From Anaerolineaceae bacterium (GTDB lineage: Bacteria; Chloroflexota; Anaerolineae; Anaerolineales; Anaerolineaceae): a stretch of 64,000 bases of DNA. The stretch lies in NCBI GenBank assembly GCA_034003505.1, contig JAVEYK010000001.1, forward strand, positions 140,074-204,073. The letters run 5' to 3'. Positions within the stretch are counted from its first letter, which is position 1; the number at the start of each line of letters is the position of its first letter. Both the position numbers and the translations under genes were made by a program. Under the pieces are notes generated by a model. It did not search any database. It was given only the letters and a program-made list of their open reading frames with translations, and had not been told where the DNA came from. Shown here piece after piece: positions 39,090-48,230 of this stretch.

Positions 39090-39905
39090 ATGCCAGCCAT
39101 ACATATTGAGCGCTTAGTTCAGCAAATTCATGCAATATTTGAACCTGAATCTCCAGGTCCTGTATTCCGTGAAAATTTCAAGTTATTGCTGGATGTTCAT
39201 ACGAATCTGGCGTATCGCCCAGGAGTAAATATACAACGAAAATCTTTGGTTCCAAAATTACACCTGGCTCCCATCGTTATGCACCATTTACAACTACAAT
39301 TTGCATCCCTGGCACAAACAAGACCTGAATTGGCGCTTGAATATGCTGACCAGCTTTGGTTAGAAGATTCTTTCGAAGCAAAATATTTTTCAGCGGTGAT
39401 TCTCGGAGCATTACCGCTGAATTTCAATACCGATTGTATTGAGCGTTTCGTTAGATGGGGATCTAAAACCTCTGATAAAGAAATACATCAGGTACTGTTT
39501 AAGTATGGTACCCAAAACATCATCCAAACAAGTATCAATCTTTGGTTGGGAACAATTCAAAATTGGGTAGACTCTTCCAGCCCTCCACAAGCAACTACTG
39601 CCATCTATGCCTTACAAACGTTGGTAAATGATCCATCATTTCTTAATTTGCCAAAAGTATTCAAAATCATAACGCCTTTATTTGCGATGGATCATCGCAA
39701 AATTACACCACTGTTAACCGCATTAGTGGAAGATCTGGCAGGTACCAACCCAATCGAAACATCACATTACTTAACCAATTTATTATTGAGCACACCATAT
39801 TCCTCACCCAAACAAATAGTCAGAAAATGTCTAAAATCGTTTCCACTTGTTGAACAAAAACAACTACGCACAGCCCTATCTAATATTGCTGTCGACAAAA
39901 CCTGA
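39090..39905 (+). CDS. Hypothetical alpha-helical (HEAT/ARM-like) protein
   Basis: 271-aa ORF with uniform coding appearance and Leu-rich helical repeats. I recognise no motif. Confidence 0.45.
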   Translation: MPAIHIERLVQQIHAIFEPESPGPVFRENFKLLLDVHTNLAYRPGVNIQRKSLVPKLHLAPIVMHHLQLQFASLAQTRPELALEYADQLWLEDSFEAKYFSAVILGALPLNFNTDCIERFVRWGSKTSDKEIHQVLFKYGTQNIIQTSINLWLGTIQNWVDSSSPPQATTAIYALQTLVNDPSFLNLPKVFKIITPLFAMDHRKITPLLTALVEDLAGTNPIETSHYLTNLLLSTPYSSPKQIVRKCLKSFPLVEQKQLRTALSNIAVDKT

Positions 39906-39986
39906 TGATCCGCGACCAGAACCTTGAGAAACCGGTTGGATTTATTTCCCTGTGTCAAGGTTAGCCCTATACGCTGGTTAGAATCC

Positions 39987-39996
39987 TTGATATAAT
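39987..39996 (+). promoter_or_regulatory. Putative extended -10 promoter of rpsO
   Basis: TTGATATAAT (TGnTATAAT) 83 nt upstream of the rpsO start. The 12-mer is identical to the one upstream of clpC. Confidence 0.35.
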
Positions 39997-40078
39997 GCAA
40001 TGAGTGACTGGTCCTATATTCGGAAAAATCTGGATGTATGGAGACCTGCATAAAAATATATTTTAAGGAGCACATGTC

Positions 40079-40351
40079 ATGTCATTAACAGTAGAAGAAA
40101 AAACAGCGATTTTTGACCAATTCTCTCGCCATGAAGGCGATACCGGTTCCCCGGAAGTTCAGATTGCATTATTGACAACACGCATCAAACAACTCACCGA
40201 ACATTTACGAGAACATAAACACGATGAATCTTCTCGCCGAGGTCTATTGAAATTGGTTGGAAAACGACGCCGTTTGCTAGCTTATCTTCGCGCCAGTGAT
40301 TTTGGCCGTTTTAGTGCGGTTGTAGAAAAATTAAGTCTGCGCGCAAAATAA
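40079..40351 (+). CDS. rpsO: 30S ribosomal protein S15
   Basis: 90 aa with [40 protein letters not shown]. Confidence 0.95.
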   Translation: MSLTVEEKTAIFDQFSRHEGDTGSPEVQIALLTTRIKQLTEHLREHKHDESSRRGLLKLVGKRRRLLAYLRASDFGRFSAVVEKLSLRAK

Positions 40352-40362
40352 GTTAATCGCGT

Positions 40363-40397
40363 AAATGGGAAAGCAAACCAATTAGCTTTCCCATTTT
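40363..40397 (+). terminator. rpsO terminator / pnp-leader hairpin
   Basis: Perfect 12-bp stem, AAATGGGAAAGC (40363-40374) with GCTTTCCCATTT (40385-40396), followed by T. Confidence 0.7.
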
Positions 40398-40506
40398 GAT
40401 AAAGCAGCTCGCAGGTTGGGTATTGAAACCTGTTCAGAACATTGGAAGTTCTGGATAATTTTCAGTTCCTAACCAGGCGGGACATTTTAGTTAAGAGGGA
40501 AAAAAT

Positions 40507-42753
40507 ATGAAACCCGAAAGTAAGTCTTTTAGCGTCCCCATGGGGGAAACCGTAATAACAATTGAAACTGGTAGGCTTGCACAACAAGCCGGTGGAGCAG
40601 TAACCGTTACGTGTGGTGAAACAATGATTTTTGCTGCCGCAACAATGGATAAAACTCCAAAAGAAAGCACCGATTTCTTTCCATTGACTATTGATTATGA
40701 AGAACGAATGTACGCCGGTGGCCGTATTCCTGGTTCATTCTTCCGTCGAGAAGGACGACCCAGCACGGATGCTATTTTAATAGCCCGTTTGACCGACCGA
40801 CCCATTCGCCCTTTGTTTTCACAAGATATGAGAAATCCAGTGCAAATTATCATGGTCTCATTTTCATCAGATGGGATTAATCCAATCGATGTTCTGGGAA
40901 TTAATGCTGCTTCTGCTGCATTAACGATCTCAAACATCCCCTGGAACGGTCCAATTGGTGCTGTTCGTATTGGACGGATTGACGATAAATTTATTATCAA
41001 TCCCACGTTCCAACAAATTGAGGATTCTGATCTGGATTTGCGCGTCGCCGGCACCAAAGAAGCAATTTCTATGGTTGAATGTGGTGCTAATGAGGTCCCT
41101 GATGATGTCATGGTTGAAGCATTGGCATTCGCTCATAAAGCTATTCAACCCATCATTGATCTACAACTCCAAATGGCAGCTGAAATTGGAAAACCAAAAA
41201 CAGTTGTGCCATTGTTTCCGGCTGATGAAAACCTTGTCAGTCAGGTCGGATCAAGAGTTACAGCAGACATCGAAAATGCCCTGGCAACCCCCCACACGAA
41301 AACTGAATTGAATGATGCCATTGATGGTTTGAAAGCTAAAATGATTGAAGAATTTGCCAGCGAGGATCAAACCCTGGCTCGAGCAGTTTCTGAAGCATTT
41401 GAAGTCAGCTACAAAAACGTCGTTCGGAAAAGAATTCTTGATTTGGGAATTCGCCCAGATGCCAGAAAACCAGAAGAAATTCGCCCAATCTGGTGTGAAG
41501 TTGGATACAGTCCGCGTGCACATGGTTCTGCCATATTTACACGAGGCGAGACACAGGCACTGACATTAGCCACGCTGGGTACTCCCCGCGAAGCGCAGGA
41601 GATGGATAATTTAGCACCAACCGAAAGTAAACGCTACCTGCATCATTACAATTTCCCGCCTTACTCAACCGGTGAAGTAAAACCTTTACGCGGTCAGTCC
41701 AGGCGTGAAATTGGTCACGGTGCTTTAGCTGAACGTGCTTTGGTGCCGGTCATCCCGGATGAATCCGAATTCCCTTACACGATTCGATTGGTAAGTGAGA
41801 TCCTGGCTTCAAACGGCTCAAGCTCAATGGCTTCCGTGTGTGGTTCAACTTTAGCCTTGATGGATACTGGCGTCCCGATTAAAGCCCCAGTAGCAGGCAT
41901 TGCCATGGGGCTGATTAAAGAAGATGAAAAATATGCAATTTTAACTGATATACAGGGATTGGAAGATCACCTCGGAGATATGGATTTTAAAGTTGCCGGA
42001 ACAAGCGCAGGGATCACAGCCTTGCAGATGGACATTAAAATTGCTGGGATTACCCCAGAGATCATGTCAAAAGCACTCCGACAGGCATATCAAGCCCGCC
42101 TATCTATCCTTGATAAAATGCTCGAGGTTATTCCTGTTCCGAACCCGGTTTTAAAACCCCACGCCCCGAAAATCACCATTGTAAAGGTTCCAGTTGATAA
42201 GATTGGTGCGATCATTGGCCCCGGCGGAAAGAATATCCGTGCCTTACAGGAAGAAACCAACACCAAAATTGATATCGGAGAAGATGGCAGCGTCTTTATA
42301 GCATCTCCAGAAGGCTATGGTGCTGATATTGCTCGCGAGCGGATTGAAGCCCTCATTGAATCTCCTCAAATTGGCAGGATTTACACCGGAAAAGTTGTTC
42401 GAACTGTTGACTTTGGTGCATTTGTAGAAATCATTCCAGGAACGGACGGATTGGTTCACATCTCCCAATTAGACACAGAACGTGTTAATTCTGTCGAAGA
42501 CATTGTGAATGTTGGTGATGAAATTACCGTTATGATCACAGATATCGACAGCAATGGCAAAATCCGGTTATCCAGACAGGCAGTCCTGGAAGGTTGGACC
42601 GTTGAAGAAGCCAAAGAACATGATCGCGGTGGTAAATCCTCCGGGAATCGCTCTGGTGGACAACGGAGAGGTGGAGATCGTGATAACCGCGGTGACCGTG
42701 GTGGAAATCGCGACAATCGCTCCGGGAATCGTGGCGGTCAGAACAGATACTAA
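40507..42753 (+). CDS. pnp: Polyribonucleotide nucleotidyltransferase (PNPase) with Arg/Gly-rich C-terminal tail
   Basis: Two RNase PH domains, a KH domain (GPGGKNIRAL) and an S1 domain (GRIYTGKVVRTVDFGAFVEI), followed by a 43-aa RGG/RDN tail. Confidence 0.95.
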   Translation: MKPESKSFSVPMGETVITIETGRLAQQAGGAVTVTCGETMIFAAATMDKTPKESTDFFPLTIDYEERMYAGGRIPGSFFRREGRPSTDAILIARLTDRPIRPLFSQDMRNPVQIIMVSFSSDGINPIDVLGINAASAALTISNIPWNGPIGAVRIGRIDDKFIINPTFQQIEDSDLDLRVAGTKEAISMVECGANEVPDDVMVEALAFAHKAIQPIIDLQLQMAAEIGKPKTVVPLFPADENLVSQVGSRVTADIENALATPHTKTELNDAIDGLKAKMIEEFASEDQTLARAVSEAFEVSYKNVVRKRILDLGIRPDARKPEEIRPIWCEVGYSPRAHGSAIFTRGETQALTLATLGTPREAQEMDNLAPTESKRYLHHYNFPPYSTGEVKPLRGQSRREIGHGALAERALVPVIPDESEFPYTIRLVSEILASNGSSSMASVCGSTLALMDTGVPIKAPVAGIAMGLIKEDEKYAILTDIQGLEDHLGDMDFKVAGTSAGITALQMDIKIAGITPEIMSKALRQAYQARLSILDKMLEVIPVPNPVLKPHAPKITIVKVPVDKIGAIIGPGGKNIRALQEETNTKIDIGEDGSVFIASPEGYGADIARERIEALIESPQIGRIYTGKVVRTVDFGAFVEIIPGTDGLVHISQLDTERVNSVEDIVNVGDEITVMITDIDSNGKIRLSRQAVLEGWTVEEAKEHDRGGKSSGNRSGGQRRGGDRDNRGDRGGNRDNRSGNRGGQNRY

Positions 42754-42764
42754 AATCAAATTTT

Positions 42765-42798
42765 AAAAAAACAGTCCTCAGATGAGGACTGTTTTTTT
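42765..42798. terminator. Bidirectional terminator between pnp and murE
   Basis: AAAAAAACAGTCCTC (42765-42779), loop AGAT, GAGGACTGTTTTTTT (42784-42798). Confidence 0.8.
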
Positions 42799-42817
42799 AA
42801 TTTAATCTTTATGAATC

Positions 42818-44386
42818 TTACTGGTCTCTGGTTGGTAAATAAGGCATTGCCGGACCGGGAATTTTCAATAATTTAGACAAAGCAGCCTTCATGGCAATGC
42901 GATCATCCCAGAGATACTCAGTTTCTCCAAAACACATAGATTGCTCATGTCCTTTACCACAAGCCATCACAACATCACCAGCATTTGCCAATTCAACCCC
43001 TAATTCAATGGCATTTCCACGATCAGGTATGGCAAACAATGTCTTGCCTGTTTCAGCACCCTGGTTTTCTGCTGCCAGCTGCATTTCAGCCAAAATTGCA
43101 TCCAGTGATTCAGTGCGCGGATCTTCAGCGGTTATGATGGTGATATCGGCTAACTGAGCAGAGGTTTCTGCCATCATTTTTCTTTTTTCACGGTCTCGTA
43201 AACCGGCAGACCCAAAAATTGCAATTACTCTTCCGGTGGTTAAATTTCGCACGGTTTTGATGGCATTTTCCAGCGCATTCGGTGTATGCGCAAAATCAAC
43301 AATTGCCTGAAAGGATTGACCCATTCTAATTTGTTCCATTCGGCCGGGCACTGCCTGCATTTGCTCAATTCCTTGGGCTGCCAGCGATGGGTTGATCTTG
43401 AGTCCGAAAATGCCAACCGATAGAGCCGCCAACGCATTGGAAACATTATAATTTCCGGGTAGATGGCAATTCACAGTGATTGAAAAATCGTTGCTACTGG
43501 CTTTGAAAGTGATGCCATCTCTTCCAGGTTGAATTTCTTCAGCCCAAATATCGGATTTTTCGCGAATTGAGTAATGGATTTGGGGAACATTCACTATCTT
43601 TTCCAAATAATCTCTTGATAAATCATCCTGATTGATGACTGCCAGATGCTCCGGATAGAAAGGTTTAACGACCGTTTGATTGAGGTATTCAAACAAACGT
43701 CCTTTGGCCTGTAAATAGGCTTGGTAGGAACCGTGATAATCCAGGTGTTCGTGGGTAATATTAGTTACCACCGCAATGTCAAAGTCACATCCAGTAACAC
43801 GATCCTGAGCCAGTCCGTGCGACGTCGTTTCCAACACCACATGCGTTAAACCGGCTTCTTTCATTCGCCAAAGATAATATTGCACAGCTGGTGCTTCGGG
43901 CGTGGTTACATGAAAACCAGTGTCCAATATTTCATCCCCTATTTGTGCATTGACAGTGGAAATCATACCAGCCTTAAAACCAGCCGTCTTCAAGATCTGA
44001 TAAATCATATTGGATGTCGTGGTTTTTCCATCAGTGCCTGTCACCCCAATCAGAACCATTGAGCGGGAAGGAAATCCATAAAAGCTTGCTGATAAATAAG
44101 CCAGAGCTACCCTTGTGTTTTCAAATTGAAAATAAGGGATATTTATATGGTTCCACAATTCGACGGATTGAGAGCCAATAACAGCTACCGCACCTTTTTC
44201 AGCTGCCAATTCGATATATGAGTGTCCATCAACATTGCCGCCTACCAATGCCACAAAAATGTGGCCTGGTTCAACCAAACGAGAGTCATATTGAATGCCT
44301 GTTATTTCTACATCCAATCGATTCGCCGAACTTTTGTACGAAAGCGGAATGTTACCCAGTACTTCGTTTAATTTTTGTTTATGCAT
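42818..44386 (-). CDS. murE: UDP-N-acetylmuramoyl-L-alanyl-D-glutamate--diamino-acid ligase (MurE)
   Basis: Mur ligase P-loop GVTGTDGKTTT. MurE-type N-terminus (IQYDSRLVEPGHIFVAL.GGNVDGH). EDPR sits at the position of the DNPR substrate motif. Confidence 0.85.
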   Translation of the reverse strand: MHKQKLNEVLGNIPLSYKSSANRLDVEITGIQYDSRLVEPGHIFVALVGGNVDGHSYIELAAEKGAVAVIGSQSVELWNHINIPYFQFENTRVALAYLSASFYGFPSRSMVLIGVTGTDGKTTTSNMIYQILKTAGFKAGMISTVNAQIGDEILDTGFHVTTPEAPAVQYYLWRMKEAGLTHVVLETTSHGLAQDRVTGCDFDIAVVTNITHEHLDYHGSYQAYLQAKGRLFEYLNQTVVKPFYPEHLAVINQDDLSRDYLEKIVNVPQIHYSIREKSDIWAEEIQPGRDGITFKASSNDFSITVNCHLPGNYNVSNALAALSVGIFGLKINPSLAAQGIEQMQAVPGRMEQIRMGQSFQAIVDFAHTPNALENAIKTVRNLTTGRVIAIFGSAGLRDREKRKMMAETSAQLADITIITAEDPRTESLDAILAEMQLAAENQGAETGKTLFAIPDRGNAIELGVELANAGDVVMACGKGHEQSMCFGETEYLWDDRIAMKAALSKLLKIPGPAMPYLPTRDQ

Positions 44387-44397
44387 GGATCAACCTA

Positions 44398-44433
44398 TAA
44401 AAAAAGGTTGGAAGCAAGAAAATACCTCCAACC
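44398..44433 (-). terminator. Hairpin + T-run after the atp b/delta gene (terminator or attenuator)
   Basis: On the minus strand: GGTTGGA, 14-nt loop, TCCAACC, then TTTTTTT (7 A at 44399-44405 on the + strand). It ends only 12 nt before the murE ATG, so read-through into murE is possible. Confidence 0.5.
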
Positions 44434-44454
44434 CTGATTGACTTTCTATTAGAT

Positions 44455-45192
44455 TTACTGTAAGGACCGCTGTAAGTTGGAAAGTTGTCCAGCTACTGAA
44501 CCATCAACGACACGATCGCCAATTTTGACAACCAATCCACCGAGAATGGTCGGATCGACTCTAAAACTAATGCTGGCCGCATCGCCAATTTTACTGAGGA
44601 CATCCTTTTTTACCGTTGCCTGTTCATCAGCAGTCAATGGTAATGCGCTGGTTACTTCGGCTCCGGTCCCGGTAAGAGGTTGATCTTCAATCACAACAAC
44701 TTTTCCGTCTTTTACACCACTGAAAAATTCTGCCAGAAGATTTCGTTGTCGCTTTTCGTCCAAAGCCTCTCCAATCAGTTTTTGAGCGGCAGCTATTGCA
44801 ATTGCTGAGACATCACCACGCATATCACTCAACAAACGCACGCGTTCTTCCTCAACCTCAGACAAGGCATTTTCTTTTTGTTTTTCAATGTCTTGTTTGG
44901 CTTCCGCTTCCATTTCCTTTTGGATCGATTCTGCTCTGGTGGTGGATTCACGAATAATATCGTTGGCCTTTAACTGCGCTTCACCAATAATTTTGTCGGC
45001 AGCTTTTTCAGCGGAAGCACGTGCATCGGCAGCGATACGTGCATCTTCAAGTCCCTGCGCTATTTTATTTCTTCGTTCTTCCAGCATTTTTGTCACCGGA
45101 CCAAATACCCAGGCTTTCAGCACAACATACACAATGCCAAAATTGATGATGTGAACTAATAATAACCCTAGATTTATACCAAGCTTTTCCAA
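44455..45192 (-). CDS. atpF: F-type ATP synthase subunit b fused to a delta (OSCP) C-terminal domain
   Basis: N-terminal TM helix plus a long charged coiled coil (b subunit; ..AAAQKLIGEALDEKR..). The last ~75 aa (VTSALPLTADEQATVKKDV..VDPTILGGLVVKIGDRVVDGSVAGQLSNL) match the delta C-terminus. Confidence 0.8.
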   Translation of the reverse strand: MEKLGINLGLLLVHIINFGIVYVVLKAWVFGPVTKMLEERRNKIAQGLEDARIAADARASAEKAADKIIGEAQLKANDIIRESTTRAESIQKEMEAEAKQDIEKQKENALSEVEEERVRLLSDMRGDVSAIAIAAAQKLIGEALDEKRQRNLLAEFFSGVKDGKVVVIEDQPLTGTGAEVTSALPLTADEQATVKKDVLSKIGDAASISFRVDPTILGGLVVKIGDRVVDGSVAGQLSNLQRSLQ

Positions 45193-45210
45193 TGTTCGCT
45201 CCTTTCTTGT

Positions 45211-45447
45211 CTAGAGGACGAACAACATCATGAAGGAAACAACCAGACAATAGATTGCGATTGCCTCAGCGAACGCAATTCCCAAAATCATCGTTGTTAA
45301 CAGGTTACCGTATGCGTCAGGATTCCGAGCCATACCATTCAATGCGCCCTGGACCAACAATCCGATCCCGATACCAGCGCCTAAAGCGCCAATCATTGAT
45401 AGTCCGGCACCAATAAATTTTGCAGCTTGAATTAATTCACCTTCCAT
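45211..45447 (-). CDS. atpE: F-type ATP synthase subunit c
   Basis: Hairpin proteolipid with the GMARNP loop and the carboxylate in GIAFAEAIAIY. I chose the start at MEGELIQAAKF (45447). The track ORF extends to 45492 into atpB. Confidence 0.9.
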   Translation of the reverse strand: MEGELIQAAKFIGAGLSMIGALGAGIGIGLLVQGALNGMARNPDAYGNLLTTMILGIAFAEAIAIYCLVVSFMMLFVL

Positions 45448-45469
45448 TATTCCTCCATAAAATTTGCAA

Positions 45470-46444
45470 TTAATGTTCAGCGTGATCGCCATGCCCTTGT
45501 GTGGCTTGAACCATAAATACCATGGTCAACATACCGAACACAAACGCCTGGATAGCTCCCATAAACAATTCGAATAAGAAAATTCCTGCTGGGGCAAAAA
45601 TAGGTAACATGGAACCAATTAATGCGACCAACACAGTTCCCGAAAACATAACACCAAAAAGACGGAATGTAAATGACAAAACTTTTGCCAATTCCGATAT
45701 TAATTCCAAAAAACCAACCAGAAAATCGATAAATCCCAAGGCAGGTTTTTTAAATATGGTGCTTACATTCAGGAATTTCGAAAAATAACCTAAGCCTTGC
45801 GTTTGCACCCCTACCACCTGAGTCATAACAACAGCGATAAGCGCGAGTGCCAGGGTGAAATTAAGGTCTGTGGAAACACCACGAAAGAAAGGTGTAACGA
45901 TATACCCCTCTCCTGCATGGGCTTCAACCGGTAAAATATTATACCAATTGCCACCAAGTGCCTGCGTTTCATATCCATGCTCAAAATGGTGTAAAACACC
46001 AATCGTTTCAAACCCTGGAATGATCTTCGTAAAGTTGGCAACAATCACTAAAAGAAAAATCGATGCAAACCAGGGAAAAATTTTCTTTGTATATTTTCCC
46101 GCTGAAGTTTCTGTCATATTGTATAAGACTTCTACCAGCATCTCGATGATGGAAGAAATGCCTTTTGGAACCAGACTTCCACCCTGCATCGCTTTTTTCA
46201 CTGCCAATGCCATCAATATAATGATGATATCAACCAGAATTAAAGTTGGCAGGGTATTTACCAGGTAAAAATCGCCCAGCACTGGCAGAGAGAATAATGG
46301 TTCTAATAAGATTCGTTCAGGTGCCACCTGAATATGAGGTTGGATAGGAGATGCAATGAAGGTGATTGAAGCCCATGTCAGGATCAATAATCCCAACACC
46401 CACCAACGGTATTTTCCCCACTTCCACTTACGAGTTTTTTCCAA
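45470..46444 (-). CDS. atpB: F-type ATP synthase subunit a
   Basis: 324 aa, polytopic, with the conserved LSFTFRLFGVMFSG (essential Arg) and GAIQAFVFGMLT motifs. Confidence 0.9.
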   Translation of the reverse strand: MEKTRKWKWGKYRWWVLGLLILTWASITFIASPIQPHIQVAPERILLEPLFSLPVLGDFYLVNTLPTLILVDIIIILMALAVKKAMQGGSLVPKGISSIIEMLVEVLYNMTETSAGKYTKKIFPWFASIFLLVIVANFTKIIPGFETIGVLHHFEHGYETQALGGNWYNILPVEAHAGEGYIVTPFFRGVSTDLNFTLALALIAVVMTQVVGVQTQGLGYFSKFLNVSTIFKKPALGFIDFLVGFLELISELAKVLSFTFRLFGVMFSGTVLVALIGSMLPIFAPAGIFLFELFMGAIQAFVFGMLTMVFMVQATQGHGDHAEH

Positions 46445-46736
46445 GTTCTACCTCCTTATGGTCGGGATTCACTTGCGGTTGAGATGTTTTTATCTTGGAA
46501 ATTGCTACACGCACTACGAAAAACATAACACCCAAAGAAATGGGTATACTGACAATCAGCAATCCAATGGTGTACATTGGTTTGCTGTCAAAGCGATTAT
46601 CGAGCCATAATCCCCCAAACAATGCTCCGATCACAATTATTAACGTTAAACATCCCACCTGTCCAGCAACACTGGCTAGAGTCAAGTTAAAAATTTTAGT
46701 TTTTGAATCAACTGGTGCTGGTTTCTCAGGTTGCAT
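46428..46736 (-). CDS. AtpZ/AtpI-family small membrane protein
   Basis: 102 aa with two TM helices (GALFGGLWLD..). It overlaps the atpB start by 17 nt, the usual position of atpI/atpZ. Confidence 0.6.
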   Translation of the reverse strand: MQPEKPAPVDSKTKIFNLTLASVAGQVGCLTLIIVIGALFGGLWLDNRFDSKPMYTIGLLIVSIPISLGVMFFVVRVAISKIKTSQPQVNPDHKEVELGKNS

Positions 46737-46769
46737 ATTATAAAATTATATCAGATTTAAAAATGTGTA

Positions 46770-48230
46770 TCAATGCAGCAGCATCAAATTCGTAGAAGCC
46801 ATATTCAACCAGTTTAACCAGGGTGTAAATATTACTCCTAATACTAGGATACCGATTACACAAACCGACAACGCAATCTTCCAACTTAAATAAACCGGTT
46901 GTGAGGGTTCTTCCTCACTCTCTGCAAACGTAATTCTGAGCACGGTAAGATAATAATATAAAGCGATGATCGAATTTAAAATTCCGATGATCAACAACCA
47001 GATTAACCCAGCCTCCATTGCTGCCAAAAAAACTAGAATTTTACTGATGAAGCCACCAAAAGGCGGTATACCTGCCAAAGATAGAACAGCAATCAGGAAA
47101 ACAAGTGCAATTCCTGGAGAGCGCTTCATCAGACCCTGAAACGCTGAAATTTCATTCGACTTTTTTGATTTTTCGACAATGTGAATGACACCAAATATTG
47201 CCAGGTTGGTGAATAAATAGGCCAAAAGATAATACATGGCAGCTTGAAAACCCAGTTGCGTCCCAGAAGCAACCCCGATTAACATATAGCCTGCATGAGC
47301 GATTGAGGAGTAAGCAAATAAGCGTTTAATATCTTTCTGTACTAACGCCAGTAAATTCCCGACAAACATGGAGGCGGTAGCAATCAAAGCCAGTAATAAT
47401 GACCACGCTTCAGGTTCGGGCGCGAAAATTGAGACCATAAACCTCATGATCACGACGAAGCCAATCGCTTTGGATGCTGTGGATAGGTAACCGGCAATCG
47501 GTGTCGGTGCTCCCTGATATGCATCCGGTGCCCAGAAATGAAAGGGGAAACCAGAAATTTTTGCTCCAAACCCAACAATCGTTAATAAGAGGATGAATAT
47601 CAACAACCCACTCGAAATTTTTCCAGCTTCTATGGCTGCCAGGATGGCCGGGTAATGGGTGCTGCCTGTAAAACCATATAAGAGACTGAAACCGTACAAT
47701 AATACCGCTGATGTGAACGCACCGAAGAGGAAGAATTTCAGTCCACTCTCAATCGATAAGTTGTTTTTGGTCAGAAAACCAACCAGTACATAGAGGGGAA
47801 TCGCAGTTGTTTCAATGGCCAGATAAAGCAAAATGATATTGGAAGCGGCTGCCATCATACTCATGCCGATCACACTTAATAACAACATGGCAAAATATTC
47901 ACCTTTATCATGAACTTCCTGATGATTCATCGAAAATAAAGTGGTGATCGCCGCCCCAACCATGACAATTAATTGGAACGTAAAGCTGGCTGCATCCACC
48001 CGAATCATCCCCCCCCAGGCATTTTGAGTGGTATTACCCGGGGAAAGGAAAAAAAGTTTTATTAAAATGATAATCAATAGTCCTGAAAATGTTATCCAGC
48101 CTAAAGTGGTTCCGTTCGCCTGTTTTTTTCTAAATATATCCACAACCATAATGATGGCGATTAAAACAAGCAGAAAGATTTCTGGCAAAATGGCTATCAG
48201 ATCAAATGATGAGATCATATTCGCTCCCAT
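46770..48230 (-). CDS. nuoN: NADH-quinone oxidoreductase subunit N
   Basis: 486-aa antiporter-like subunit, last gene of the nuo cluster. HFWAPDAYQGAPTP motif. Confidence 0.85.
   Translation of the reverse strand: MGANMISSFDLIAILPEIFLLVLIAIIMVVDIFRKKQANGTTLGWITFSGLLIIILIKLFFLSPGNTTQNAWGGMIRVDAASFTFQLIVMVGAAITTLFSMNHQEVHDKGEYFAMLLLSVIGMSMMAAASNIILLYLAIETTAIPLYVLVGFLTKNNLSIESGLKFFLFGAFTSAVLLYGFSLLYGFTGSTHYPAILAAIEAGKISSGLLIFILLLTIVGFGAKISGFPFHFWAPDAYQGAPTPIAGYLSTASKAIGFVVIMRFMVSIFAPEPEAWSLLLALIATASMFVGNLLALVQKDIKRLFAYSSIAHAGYMLIGVASGTQLGFQAAMYYLLAYLFTNLAIFGVIHIVEKSKKSNEISAFQGLMKRSPGIALVFLIAVLSLAGIPPFGGFISKILVFLAAMEAGLIWLLIIGILNSIIALYYYLTVLRITFAESEEEPSQPVYLSWKIALSVCVIGILVLGVIFTPWLNWLNMASTNLMLLH

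Noticed and set aside
45211-45447. Na+-specific c-ring. Gln in helix 1 (LLVQGAL) and Tyr four residues after the carboxylate (AFAEAIAIY) resemble part of the Na+ motif.
   Set aside because: The Ser/Thr immediately after the Glu (the E-S/T of Na+-binding c subunits) is Ala-Ile here, so the full ligand set is missing. It is most likely H+-coupled.
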